44,532 bases of DNA from Desulfurococcaceae archaeon (lineage in GTDB: Archaea > Thermoproteota > Thermoprotei_A > Sulfolobales > NBVN01): positions 1 through 44,532 of the forward strand of contig JAJHRE010000004.1 of assembly GCA_020832985.1 (NCBI GenBank), given 5' to 3'. This document shows, in pieces, positions 9,654 to 19,849 of this stretch (positions are counted from its first letter, which is position 1; every line of letters begins with the position of its first letter). The position numbers and the translations under genes are program-made. The notes under the pieces were generated by a model that did no database searches, had not been told where the DNA came from, and was given only the letters and a program-made list of their open reading frames with translations.

Positions 9654-10535
9654 ATGGATGAAGTATTAATAGGTATATTAGCAGCTATGATAGCTACTAT
9701 CTCATGGTCTTTAGCACCAATAACTATTAAATTAGGTATTAAGTCCGATATAGACTTAATAGCTTTAACCGGTGTTAGAGGGTTAGTAGCGTTTATCTTA
9801 TTAATCCCGTTCTGTATTCCTAACATACTTACTTATAACCTAAGTTACTATGATGTTATCTTAATACTTATTTCAAGTATTTTAATAGGTATCAGTGATT
9901 TATTCTATATAGAAGCTATTAAGAGATTAGGGAGTTGGAAAGCAATTTTAATAGCTTATCAATACATCCTAATAGCTCAAATACTTGCTTACCTACTACT
10001 TAATGAGGTCAGAGGTATTTACGCAGTCTTCTTCACACCTATAGCGTTATTAGGTATTTACATAGCATTAAGCGGTGGTGAGTCCCTAACTACTAAAGAT
10101 AAGATCAACTTCCTAATAGCATACACACCAGCTATTTTCTGGGGAGTCGCTACAGTCATCAGTAAGTACCTAACATCTACTGTAGATGCTGTCTTAATAG
10201 CTACTTTAAGAGCGTTCTTCATAGCCCTGATATTCATGTCTTTAGGTATTAGACGTATGAGAGGTTTTAGTAATTTAAGTAGGTTTGGCTTACTCTCTCT
10301 ACTGGCCTCAGGATTCTTCACACATGTTGGGGGTTTTCTAACGTTTCTATACGCGCTTAAGTTCGTAGGGACATTCATATCTACGCTTACTAACTCTATA
10401 GGACCGCTAATAACTCAGTTCCTAGCTAGTAGGTTAAGTAAGGAAGGTTTAAATCCTAGACATATAGTTGGTGCGTTAGTTACTACTAGTTCTATAGTGT
10501 TGGCGTTAATGCTTAACATGTTTAATATTGTTTAA
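9654..10535 (+). CDS. DMT/EamA family transporter (two domains)
   Basis: About 10 TM helices with duplicated EamA pattern. Confidence 0.85.
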   Translation: MDEVLIGILAAMIATISWSLAPITIKLGIKSDIDLIALTGVRGLVAFILLIPFCIPNILTYNLSYYDVILILISSILIGISDLFYIEAIKRLGSWKAILIAYQYILIAQILAYLLLNEVRGIYAVFFTPIALLGIYIALSGGESLTTKDKINFLIAYTPAIFWGVATVISKYLTSTVDAVLIATLRAFFIALIFMSLGIRRMRGFSNLSRFGLLSLLASGFFTHVGGFLTFLYALKFVGTFISTLTNSIGPLITQFLASRLSKEGLNPRHIVGALVTTSSIVLALMLNMFNIV

Positions 10536-10559
10536 AGACTTCCCCAGGTAGTTTCTTAA

Positions 10560-11249
10560 GTGGTGTGTATGATGGTATCTGTATATGTTGATGAGGATGT
10601 ATCTCGTTTTGAGATTTCGGTGTTCTACGCTACTGTGGGGGAGGTTATTGTGGAGAAGGATAGAGTTGATTTGAGGGAATATGCTAGGAGCTTAGTTAAT
10701 AATCTAGTAAGTACTTACAGTGTTGATAGGGTTAAGGACATACCTATAATTAGGTTTTATAGAGATATCATGTGGAGGTTAGGTATAGACCCTACTAAGG
10801 TTAGGGTAAGTAGTGAGGCGTTATTGAGGAGAGTGTTGAGAGGGGGTTCTTTCCCAGCAATTAACAATGTAGTTGATGCCTGTAACTTAGCTAGTTTAGA
10901 GACGTTAATACCGATAAGTGTATTTGACTTAAGTAAGATTAGAGGTGATTTAAGACTTCGTAAAGCTAAACCTAATGAGGTGTTCGTAAGTCTAGACGGT
11001 ACTGAAAGGTTACTTACAGGTGATGAGGTGGTCTTAGCCGATGATTCAGGTAATATCCTTAACCTATACCCACATAGGGATTCAAAGATAGCTTCAGTGG
11101 ATATGAGTACTAGGAGTGTTTTAGTGATTGCTTACGGAGCTCCAGGAGTACCTCAATCGCTGGTTAGAGGAGCTGTTGAGAAGTCACTTAAGTATTTAAT
11201 GATGTTTAGTAATGCTAAGTACTTAAGTGATGTTTTAAAAGCTAAGTAA
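10560..11249 (+). CDS. B3/B4 domain protein (PheRS-beta editing-like)
   Basis: RLGIDPTKVRVSSEALLRR, INNVVDACNLAS, YPHRDS. Confidence 0.9.
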   Translation: MVCMMVSVYVDEDVSRFEISVFYATVGEVIVEKDRVDLREYARSLVNNLVSTYSVDRVKDIPIIRFYRDIMWRLGIDPTKVRVSSEALLRRVLRGGSFPAINNVVDACNLASLETLIPISVFDLSKIRGDLRLRKAKPNEVFVSLDGTERLLTGDEVVLADDSGNILNLYPHRDSKIASVDMSTRSVLVIAYGAPGVPQSLVRGAVEKSLKYLMMFSNAKYLSDVLKAK

Positions 11250-11280
11250 AACTAAGTATACATAGTGGGGTTAGTCATAC

Positions 11281-12000
11281 ATGTATGTTAAGGTTCGATA
11301 TTACGCACTATTTAGGGAAATTACTAAATGTTTTGAAGAGGATTTACTATTAGATAATTCTTCATCGTTGGATGACCTACTAAACAAGATCTCATTAAAA
11401 TACCCTAAACTAGGTAAGTATTTAGAGTCCGGTATGTTTATAGTACTTCATAACCAGCAAGCAGTATCTGATAAAGACTTAAAAACAATTTTAAGAGATG
11501 GTGATGTAGTTGATTTAATGCCACCGCCTTCTGGAGGTTCTATAGAAGTTAGGTTACTTAAGGATGAGGATAAGGTAGTACTTGATGATGTGATGAGTGA
11601 GTTGAAGAGTGTTGACGGTATTGAGGAAGCCGGGGCAGTAGTTATCTACGTAGGTTTCGTTAAAGGTGTTGTTAGTGGTGTTAAAGTGTATGAGTTAAAG
11701 TATGAGGTTAATGAGGATTACACGTTAAAGGCAATAAATAAGATCTTAAGTGATGTAGTAGCTAAGAATAAGAACATCAAGGCTGTTAAGGTATTCCATA
11801 GGGTAGGTACTTACAGACCTGGTGATGACGTTCTCTACGTATTCATAGTTGGTGTTAGTAGACATGATGTAATACCTGCGTTGACGGAGATTATTGAGAG
11901 GATTAAACATGAGACAGGTATATGGAAGCTTGAGAGAAGAGATGATGGTTATTTCTGGGTCTTAGGTGATGGGGTTAGGATTAAAAGTGAGGTACAGTGA
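11281..12000 (+). CDS. moaE: Molybdopterin synthase MoaD-MoaE fusion
   Basis: N-terminal ubiquitin-like VKVRYYA...GDVVDLMPPPSGG, then MoaE-like GAVVIYVG, HRVG, IERIKHETGIWKLE. Confidence 0.88.
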   Translation: MYVKVRYYALFREITKCFEEDLLLDNSSSLDDLLNKISLKYPKLGKYLESGMFIVLHNQQAVSDKDLKTILRDGDVVDLMPPPSGGSIEVRLLKDEDKVVLDDVMSELKSVDGIEEAGAVVIYVGFVKGVVSGVKVYELKYEVNEDYTLKAINKILSDVVAKNKNIKAVKVFHRVGTYRPGDDVLYVFIVGVSRHDVIPALTEIIERIKHETGIWKLERRDDGYFWVLGDGVRIKSEVQ

Positions 12001-12121
12001 GCTTCCGGTAAGAATTAACCATTAACTACTAACACTGCTATGTTATAGCGGTTGAATATGAATACCTTCTGATCAATACTATAGATTTCCTTAGGACTCT
12101 GTCTTTAATGGTTGGTATGTA

Positions 12122-13018
12122 ATGATAGTTCTTAAGGGTTGGGACGGTTATTCCTTAAGACTAACTCTATACCCATCGTTTTCATTATCGATGTTTAAAC
12201 TAGATGATGGTGTATACCTAAAGTACTTAGGTTCATGTAAGGGTTTAAGGATTTATGACTATGGTTATGATGTGGTTGTATTAGGTGGTTATTGCGATAT
12301 TGATTATGTGAGGGAGTTATGTGGAGTTTTAGATGATCCGTTAAATTATGTTTATGAAGTAGATCCCAGGTTTAACGATGTGTATCACTACTTGGTTACT
12401 CAGTGGAGAGGTGTTGGTTTATCTACGGCTACTAGGGATTTAGATTACGTTTTCATATCTATATTCTTATCTAAGAGGACTTCATATCATGATCGTGTCT
12501 TACAATGGGTGAATTCATTATTTAACATTATAGATAATCCTGAGGACTTAATCAATATAGATACTTCTAATCTATTTAAACCACCTCAAATGAGAGAATT
12601 AAGTGATGTATTTAAGGAATACTTCTATAATGTTAGACCATATGTTGTTAGGGGGAATATCAACGACGTCAGGTATAATTTACTAAGGATTAAGGGTGTA
12701 GGGCCTAAAATCACTTACGCATACCTACTACATGCTATGAGGTTTACTGAAATAGCTCCGATAGACACACACTTTAATTACTTCATCTTTAACGTCTTAG
12801 GCTTAAAATACGGTATGCCTAAAAAGGAGTTATGTCTTAAATATGATTGTAGTAAGTGTAATAGTAATTGTGTTATGAGGGAATTAAGATCATTCTTCGG
12901 TAAATCATTAGGTTATCTACAAACGGTAGTCTACGTTCATGTTAAGATATTATGTAAGAAGGGTAGATGTTATGAGTGTGTCTTAAGGAAGTATAGGCTA
13001 TGTAAGCTTAAGTCTTAA
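12122..13018 (+). CDS. HhH-GPD superfamily DNA glycosylase
   Basis: LLRIKGVGPK helix-hairpin-helix and APIDTH motif; Cys-rich C-terminus. Confidence 0.8.
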   Translation: MIVLKGWDGYSLRLTLYPSFSLSMFKLDDGVYLKYLGSCKGLRIYDYGYDVVVLGGYCDIDYVRELCGVLDDPLNYVYEVDPRFNDVYHYLVTQWRGVGLSTATRDLDYVFISIFLSKRTSYHDRVLQWVNSLFNIIDNPEDLINIDTSNLFKPPQMRELSDVFKEYFYNVRPYVVRGNINDVRYNLLRIKGVGPKITYAYLLHAMRFTEIAPIDTHFNYFIFNVLGLKYGMPKKELCLKYDCSKCNSNCVMRELRSFFGKSLGYLQTVVYVHVKILCKKGRCYECVLRKYRLCKLKS

Positions 13019-13162
13019 CTAATGATTTACGGTTTAGTCAGAGCTTACATAAATTGATCTCTAGAGAAGATTATTGAAGAAGTATTTTACAGGTAATATG
13101 TAAAAATATAAGGATATCAGTTACTAAAGATCGGGTATTTTACCTATGTCTGAGGTAGTGAG

Positions 13163-14566
13163 GTGTTTATGGTGAGCCACGATAAACTAGAGCTATCGAT
13201 GAGGAGGTTAAGTGAGGTTGTAGAGGTAGGACAAATAGATGAGTTGAAGGAATTACTATCTCATTTTTCTCCATATGAGTATATCGAAGTTCTTGAACGT
13301 CTAGATCTTAAGATGAGGAGTTACATACTACCTTATATACCCTTGAATAACTTGAAGGTTGTTTTAAGTAAATTACCTGATGATGTGGTTTTTGAGTTGT
13401 TAAGAGTTAAAGGTATTGATGAATTTGCTAAGGTACTTACTGAGATGCCGTCGGATGACGTTGCAGATGTACTACTTAAGATACCTCCTAAGTTTAGACA
13501 TAAGTTAATGAATTTAATACCTCATTGGAAGTTAAATGAGATCTCAGCACTTCTTAAGTATCCTAGTGAGAGTGTCGGTAGTATAATGACTCCTCAAGTC
13601 CCTATATTCTCATATAAACTCACCGTAGGTGATGTTATTAAGGAATATATTGCTAAGAGTGAGTTAGGCCTTTATGATAAGCACTTCTACGTATATGCCG
13701 TAGATGAGGAAAAGAGAATTGTTGGGTGGGTAGATGTTAAGACACTCATAAGTAGGCCTAAGGATAAGTTATTAAGAGATGTTGTGAGTAAGCCTCCAGT
13801 AGTTGTTAACGTTTACTCTGACCGTGAGGAAGTAGCTAGAGTAGCTATAAAATTCGACTTACTCGAGGTCCCTGTAGTTGATAATGAAGGTAGGTTAGTA
13901 GGTATTGTAACATTAGATGATGTACTTGATGTAGCTATTAGTGAGTATGGTGAGGATCTCTTAAGGTTTGGTGGTTTTGTTGAGACTGTTAGAGGTAGGT
14001 ACTTGACTGTGAGTAGCGCCTCTATAGTTAAGAGGAGATTCTTACCGTTAGTATGGTTATATCTAATGAATACTGTTACAGGAGGTATAGTAGCTTCATT
14101 TACAGGTATTATAGAGAGAATAGCCGTTTTAGCAGCATTCTTACCGATGTTAGCTGATAACTCAGGTAATGTAGGGGCACAGGCATCAACATTTGTAATA
14201 AGGAGTTTAGCGATAGGTGAGGTAAGACCTCAAGACTTATTAAGGGTTTTGAAGAAGGAGGTTAGTGTATCGTTACTATTAGTTCTGTTATTATCACCGA
14301 TATCCTTCTCTATAGCTTCACTAATAACTTACCTAGCCTATACGAACACCGATTACTCTATCATAGTAGGTATCGTGGTTAGTGTAGCATTGATTACATC
14401 AACATTAATCTCAGATTTAGTAGGTGCTTTACTACCGTTAATAGCTTCGCGAGTAAATATAGATCCAGCATCGATTTCAGCACCGTTAATAACCACTATA
14501 GGTGATATCATAACAGCAACTACTTACTTTATGATAGCTACTTCCTTACTTTCATATTTAAGTTAA
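13163..14566 (+). CDS. mgtE: Magnesium transporter MgtE
   Basis: N-domain, CBS pair (VPVVDNEGRLVGIVTLDD), GNVGAQ, DPASISAPLITTIGD. Confidence 0.95.
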   Translation: MFMVSHDKLELSMRRLSEVVEVGQIDELKELLSHFSPYEYIEVLERLDLKMRSYILPYIPLNNLKVVLSKLPDDVVFELLRVKGIDEFAKVLTEMPSDDVADVLLKIPPKFRHKLMNLIPHWKLNEISALLKYPSESVGSIMTPQVPIFSYKLTVGDVIKEYIAKSELGLYDKHFYVYAVDEEKRIVGWVDVKTLISRPKDKLLRDVVSKPPVVVNVYSDREEVARVAIKFDLLEVPVVDNEGRLVGIVTLDDVLDVAISEYGEDLLRFGGFVETVRGRYLTVSSASIVKRRFLPLVWLYLMNTVTGGIVASFTGIIERIAVLAAFLPMLADNSGNVGAQASTFVIRSLAIGEVRPQDLLRVLKKEVSVSLLLVLLLSPISFSIASLITYLAYTNTDYSIIVGIVVSVALITSTLISDLVGALLPLIASRVNIDPASISAPLITTIGDIITATTYFMIATSLLSYLS

Positions 14567-14586
14567 GGTTAAAAGTTATGTAGTGA

Positions 14587-15906
14587 TTGAATAGTTGGTG
14601 GAGGTTAATAGTAAAAGCACTCATAGTTCTACTACTAATACTGTTGTCCTCCTTACTTTCCCAATACTTAGGGGTATTGCCAGTAAGTAAGTTAGAGAGT
14701 TCTGGGAGGGAGGTTATAGGTTTTAGTGTATGTGATGCTTCTTTTAGTGATATGTCATGTGATGTTATGGTAGGTGATGAGAACATAATTAGAAGTTGTA
14801 GCGGTGTTGTATGTATCTCTAGGATTATCTACGATGATAACTACTCCGAACCTCCAGACATCATCTTCGGTAGGAAATACTTCAACGGTGGGTTAGTAGA
14901 GTATATAGATTTGAAGGGTTATGAGATCAAGAGGACAGTCATAGTTAACATCACCACACGTACCGAAGCTAAATTAGTTAGTATTGAGGAGAGCTTAGAT
15001 GAATTCGTACTCAGGAATGTATGTATTAGTGAGTTTTATGAAGATATACCAACCCCTCAGTTAAATTACTTATTTAACAAGTCCATCAAGTTAGATTTGA
15101 TAATACTATCACCAACTAAGACTTACTGCAACGTAAGTGGTTGTCAATACTCATATCACGTACTTACTAATAAGTCATTACTAAGTTATTATATGGAAGC
15201 GTTAGATATTTGGAGATTAGTACTTAATAAGTTCTTCAATTACGACTTAATATCAGTAGTCCGTGACGATATTAACATAGATTTCAACGTATTCATATCA
15301 GGTGATAAAGTAGTAGATGTAGAGGATTTTCTAACGTATATTAAGTTATGGTTACCCAGTAATGATAATTTAATAGTAGTTGTTGAAATACCTAAGCCTG
15401 CTAGAGTTGGTGGTGAGGAACTCCTAGCATTCACTTACAGAAACTTCATATTCTTAAGTAGGAGGGATGTCAGTATAATAGCTCATGAGATAGGGCATGT
15501 TTTAGGCTTAACTCACCCTTTAATTAGTGAGGAGTGGCTTAACACCGTATTTTACGAGTCAATTATGCTGAAATACTCATCAAGTAATAGGAGGAGGTTT
15601 ACATTAGGTGATTTCATAGGTTTATCACATATATTATTCTTACTTGAAGATAGTGTCGGACGTGAACAACTCACTAATAAGTTGAAGGAGGTTGGGATAG
15701 ATCCTGAGAATATGTGTGTTATACTCCCAATGGTTAAGAGGGTATATGTTGCTAGGGAGATTCCTAGGGTGTTATCAACCATTATTAGTGAGGGTCTAGT
15801 AGTATTTGATGTTGATGAGTATGGAGGTCTTAAAAGTATTAACTACAGTCTTAACATACTCGATATTCTTAAAGTATTCAGTAGTAGATACGTTAGTTCC
15901 TATTAA
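14587..15906 (+). CDS. Secreted or membrane-anchored zinc metalloprotease (metzincin-like)
   Basis: N-terminal hydrophobic signal; AHEIGHVLGLTH (HExxHxxGxxH) followed by the SIM Met-turn. Confidence 0.75.
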   Translation: MNSWWRLIVKALIVLLLILLSSLLSQYLGVLPVSKLESSGREVIGFSVCDASFSDMSCDVMVGDENIIRSCSGVVCISRIIYDDNYSEPPDIIFGRKYFNGGLVEYIDLKGYEIKRTVIVNITTRTEAKLVSIEESLDEFVLRNVCISEFYEDIPTPQLNYLFNKSIKLDLIILSPTKTYCNVSGCQYSYHVLTNKSLLSYYMEALDIWRLVLNKFFNYDLISVVRDDINIDFNVFISGDKVVDVEDFLTYIKLWLPSNDNLIVVVEIPKPARVGGEELLAFTYRNFIFLSRRDVSIIAHEIGHVLGLTHPLISEEWLNTVFYESIMLKYSSSNRRRFTLGDFIGLSHILFLLEDSVGREQLTNKLKEVGIDPENMCVILPMVKRVYVAREIPRVLSTIISEGLVVFDVDEYGGLKSINYSLNILDILKVFSSRYVSSY

Positions 15907-16486
15907 TAATTTCTAATAGTGATGTGTTCTTAGTTAGACCTGAAGCTACTATATCAGCTAGTCTTAAGGGTTCTGGATACTGACTTATATTCTGTAGCCT
16001 TACTATTATGTTGTAAGCCTCGTGGATATCAATACCGGTTAATGATATTATTAGATTTCCTTTAGGTGTTGTGATTTCATAAGATTTATTGTAAGTCCTC
16101 TCTATTACGGAATACCTAACTAACCAATCGTTAAAGTTCTTCATTAATGCCTCCTTAACTAAGTTGAGGTTTAACCTATGCTTAAACACTGTTATCACAG
16201 GGATTAATGTTTTGTTATAGATTACTTCCGGGTCTATGATGTTGAAACCTGCATATGTTACCCCGTCTAAGAATATCACTCTGTACTTATCCTTCAGTGA
16301 TTCTATATTCTTAAGTAGTACCTCAGTACCGTCTAAACCGTCGATAGTTATTAAAGATAACTTAACCTTAGTTATTGTTAGGTCTCTACATTCAACTAAA
16401 GCTAGTAATGTCTTCTTGTTGGACTTCTTATAACTTGTTGGGAAGTATCCGTCATCTACCCCTAAAGTTCTTAATGATTGATCCAA
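15893..16486 (-). CDS. DUF99 family protein (endonuclease V-like)
   Basis: [33 protein letters not shown]. Confidence 0.9.
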   Translation of the reverse strand: MDQSLRTLGVDDGYFPTSYKKSNKKTLLALVECRDLTITKVKLSLITIDGLDGTEVLLKNIESLKDKYRVIFLDGVTYAGFNIIDPEVIYNKTLIPVITVFKHRLNLNLVKEALMKNFNDWLVRYSVIERTYNKSYEITTPKGNLIISLTGIDIHEAYNIIVRLQNISQYPEPLRLADIVASGLTKNTSLLEIINRN

Positions 16487-17678
16487 GTCTTTGCTCCTCT
16501 TTAAGTACTTTGAGTAAGGTCTCTACATCAGTATTTAAACTTATTAATCTAGTCTTCCCATACCTACCCCTATTTACGACCTTAGCATTTATTATACCGA
16601 CCATATCTAACTCACTGATTATATCGCTAACCCTCCTCTGTGTGACTGGGTCTAAGTTTAAACTCCTACATAAGTCTTTATATATATTATATAGGTCTCC
16701 AGTAGTTTTACTATCACCACCACTTATAGCTAGGGCTAAAAGTATTAACTTACTATGGAATGGTAATGTCTTAATCACCTCAGAGACCCTATCCTTCTCA
16801 ATCTCCATTCTAGCACTTAACACGTGGCTCTTACTTACCTTCTCAGCACCTTCCCTCTCAGCAATCTCACCAGCAACTCTTAATAAGTCTAAAGCTCTTC
16901 TAGCATCACCATGTTCTTTAGCAGCTATTGATGCACATAAGGATATAACACCATCCTCAAGTACTCCGGGTTTGAACGCTTTAGTAGCTCTACGTGTTAG
17001 TATATCCTCAAGTTGGATAGCATCGTATGGGGGGAACACAATCTCCTCCTCACCTAAGCTCGACCTGACTCTAGGGTCTAACCTATCCATGAAGTTAACA
17101 TCATTTGTTATACCTACTATAGTTACCTTCCCCCTCTTAAGCTCCTCATTAACTCTAGTTAATCTGTAGAGGAGTTCATCACCACACTTCTTAACTAACG
17201 CATCAATCTCATCCAAGATAACTATTAATGGAATACCTAAACCATCTAATGCAGTAACCACCCTCCTAAAAACCTCTGAACTCGATAACCCAGTAAACGG
17301 TACTTTAACACCTAACGTATCAGCTAACCTAGTTAAGACTCTATAGGTAGTGTCATCATATCTACAGTTAATATAACTATATTTGAAGATCTTCCCAAGC
17401 TTAGCGGCATATTCTTCAAACTTAATCAACACGTACTTAACAACAGCAGTCTTACCAGTACCTGTGAGACCGTATATGAATATATTACTAGGTCTTTCCC
17501 CCCTAAATATCGGGGCGAGAATAGCGCTAATCCTATTAATCTGTTCATCCCTATGCGGTAACTCATTAGGTATGTAATCAGGTCTAAGAACCTCCCTATC
17601 ATTAAATATGTTAGAGCTTAAACTCCTCTCAATAACCTTCTTAAATATATCCTCACTACCCACCACTAACACACTCAC
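16452..17678 (-). CDS. cdc6: Orc1/Cdc6 replication initiator
   Basis: [35 protein letters not shown], winged-helix GRYGKT. Confidence 0.97.
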   Translation of the reverse strand: MSVLVVGSEDIFKKVIERSLSSNIFNDREVLRPDYIPNELPHRDEQINRISAILAPIFRGERPSNIFIYGLTGTGKTAVVKYVLIKFEEYAAKLGKIFKYSYINCRYDDTTYRVLTRLADTLGVKVPFTGLSSSEVFRRVVTALDGLGIPLIVILDEIDALVKKCGDELLYRLTRVNEELKRGKVTIVGITNDVNFMDRLDPRVRSSLGEEEIVFPPYDAIQLEDILTRRATKAFKPGVLEDGVISLCASIAAKEHGDARRALDLLRVAGEIAEREGAEKVSKSHVLSARMEIEKDRVSEVIKTLPFHSKLILLALAISGGDSKTTGDLYNIYKDLCRSLNLDPVTQRRVSDIISELDMVGIINAKVVNRGRYGKTRLISLNTDVETLLKVLKEEQRLGSIIKNFRGR

Positions 17679-17836
17679 AGCATCACTTATAATGAAGTAC
17701 TACTCATTTTATATCCTAAACACTCTAAAACTTATAAACACTACACCTAAATCCAATACCTCACAAAGTACTCTGTAAATCACAACCTATAAAGCAGGAC
17801 ATTCATAACTTAATTATTTTGTGGTGCAGGTAGTGT

Positions 17837-18082
17837 ATGGTGGTGGGTATGGTGTTTTATAGGGTTAGGAGGATTAATGGTCGTTATTATCTTGTTAAGG
17901 AGTGGTATGACCCTACGTTAGGTAAGAAATTAAGTAGGTCTTTAGGGCCTTGTGATAGGATTGAGGAGTTGTTGAGGTGGTGCGGGGGGTGGGATTCGAA
18001 CCCACGCAGGCCTACGCCATCGGGGCCTAAGCCCGACCCCTTTGACCTAGCTCGGGCACCCCCGCACTGTTGTTCTAATTAG
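17837..18082 (+). pseudogene. N-terminal fragment (intN) of an SSV-type tyrosine integrase reading into tRNA-Leu
   Basis: RINGRYYLVKEWYD...RSLGP resembles SSV1 D-335 intN; the C-terminal WCGGWDSNPRRP... is the antisense translation of the tRNA. Confidence 0.8.
17978..18065 (-). tRNA. tRNA-Leu (anticodon TAG), CCA encoded, no intron
   Basis: GCGGGGGTGCCCGAGCTAGGTCAAAGGGG-TCGGG-CTTAGGC-CCCGA-long variable arm-GTGGGTTCGAATCCCAC-CCCCCGCA-CCA. Confidence 0.97.
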
Positions 18083-18179
18083 ATTCTTTGATATTAGGCT
18101 AAAAGGTTTATGTTTATATTGTTGATTTAGGGTCTTAAATATATTGTTAATTTATAGGTTTAAATGTAATTCCGTTTAG

Positions 18180-19103
18180 GTGGTTGTGTTAGGTACTGAA
18201 GGTCGTGATGAGGTCGTAGATATGTTATATAAGGTATTGAGTAAGTACTTAAGTTCTCTACAGGAGTCTTTGAGTAGTTATGTTAAGCAATTAGTTCAAT
18301 TCCTTAAGAGTAGTAATGAGTTACTGATTACTTATTCAGGTATGTATGTATCACCTGCAACATACTTACTACTACTCTTAAGGTCTTTAACTAACGTTAA
18401 TGCGTACTTAGTAGAGCCTGAAACACTTATGTATTATGTAGCACCTTATGTTGAGGGCGGTATTCGTAGGGTCTTAATAATTAGTTCTGGTGTAGATTCC
18501 TCATTAATTAGGTTGTTAGATCAGTTAAACCTTACTGGTTATGAGGTTATGTTAATTAGTCCTTCTCCAATACCTGATAATGTTAGGTATAAGGTTCGTG
18601 AAGATCTGTTACTAGAGATTAAACCTCAGGACCTACTACTTCAGCATTTACTGGTGGGTATAGCTGTTAGTGAATACCTTAACAAGTCTGGTGTTAGGGG
18701 GTCTAGACTATGGAATGAGTTAAGTAACTTAAATGAGGTCTTAAAAGACCTACTAACTAAATATATAGGTAAGTTATATGAGGTTAAGGAATTCACTAAT
18801 GACGTATTCATAATAACATCAACACCTAGCATGTTAGGTCCTGCAGAACATATAACGTATAATTATAATGTTAGGATACCTCGATATCTAATACCTTTAA
18901 ATAACGTTAAACACTATATTAAATATTTTAAGAAAGTCTTAGTAATATCTACAGATGTTGAGGAATTCTCTATTAAGGAGATTATAGGGTTAAAGATTGG
19001 AGGAACTGTTAATGTATGTGAATTGAGGATTAGGACAGACCCACTTACAGCACCTATATACGGTTTAATCCTCTCGAACGCTTTAATGATGATTGGTGAT
19101 TAA
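18180..19103 (+). CDS. Hypothetical protein, possibly a degenerate SIS (sugar-isomerase) fold
   Basis: Alternating alpha/beta pattern; ITYSGMY and LIISSG loosely resemble SIS motifs. Confidence 0.45.
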   Translation: MVVLGTEGRDEVVDMLYKVLSKYLSSLQESLSSYVKQLVQFLKSSNELLITYSGMYVSPATYLLLLLRSLTNVNAYLVEPETLMYYVAPYVEGGIRRVLIISSGVDSSLIRLLDQLNLTGYEVMLISPSPIPDNVRYKVREDLLLEIKPQDLLLQHLLVGIAVSEYLNKSGVRGSRLWNELSNLNEVLKDLLTKYIGKLYEVKEFTNDVFIITSTPSMLGPAEHITYNYNVRIPRYLIPLNNVKHYIKYFKKVLVISTDVEEFSIKEIIGLKIGGTVNVCELRIRTDPLTAPIYGLILSNALMMIGD

Positions 19104-19846
19104 GTGTTTAGTAAATGCTTAGAAGGTAAGGTAGTATTGATTACCGGTGCTAGCGGTCTCATCGGTAGTGAGTTAGCTATTGAATTAGCTAAGGAGAAAG
19201 CAAATCTGATACTACATTATAATAAGTCTGAAGATGTTATCGAGGACTTAATCAGTAAGTTGTCACCGGTTACTCAAGTACATACCATTAAATGTGATTT
19301 TAGCGATTTAAACAATGTGGTTGAGTTTCTAAAATATCTGAAAATACTTACAGACGCATAGATATCGTAGTGAATAGTGTCGGAATATATGACGAAACAC
19401 CATTAGAGTTATTAAATGTTGAGTTACTCACTAAGATATTAAATGTTAACCTATTATCAATAGTTCTAATAAGTAAGGAATTAGGTATGTTGATGAAGGA
19501 GTATGGAGGTACGATAATAAACTTGATATGCTTAACACCGCTAAGAGGTCATAAAGTGTATAAGTGTCTTAATCCCTCACTACCCTACGTAATATCTAAA
19601 ACAGGTTTAATCAAATTAGTTAAGTATTTAGCTGTTGAGTTAGCCCCTAAAGTTAAGGTCGTAGGTATAGCACTTGGTTGGGTTGGTAGTAGTAAGTTAA
19701 CTCAAGATCTAGTTAGATGTGTTGAGGGGTCAGTACCTATGAAGAGGGTTGCTGAAGCTCATGAAGTAGTTGAGTTAATTAAGTACCTGATATGTGGGAG
19801 TCGATATATTACAGGGTCGATAATAGAATTTTCAGGAGGTCTTTAA
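19104..19846 (+). pseudogene. SDR family oxidoreductase (FabG/pteridine-reductase-like) split by a -1 frameshift near 19326-19334
   Basis: Frame A: VVLITGASGLIG...; frame B continues KISENTYRRIDIVVNSVG, YVISK, YITGSII. Confidence 0.8.
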
Positions 19847-19849
19847 ATC

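Noticed and set aside
12033-12053. Short hairpin ACTGCTAT-GTT-ATAGCGGT after moaE
   Set aside because: A single 8-bp stem with no U-tract or repeat; function unsupported
16375-17169. 264-aa plus-strand ORF and the other Ser/Thr/Leu-rich opposite-strand ORFs (e.g. 3793, 5817, 6741, 7044, 8601, 10058, 20979, 32947, 34792, 44166)
   Set aside because: Antisense shadows of well-supported genes; no motifs
17679-17836. Replication origin next to cdc6
   Set aside because: No ORB-like TCCAnnnGAAA/G-string repeats visible in the short intergenic region
17978-18082. Pro-rich C-terminus of the 81-aa ORF as a real protein domain
   Set aside because: It is only the antisense translation of tRNA-Leu
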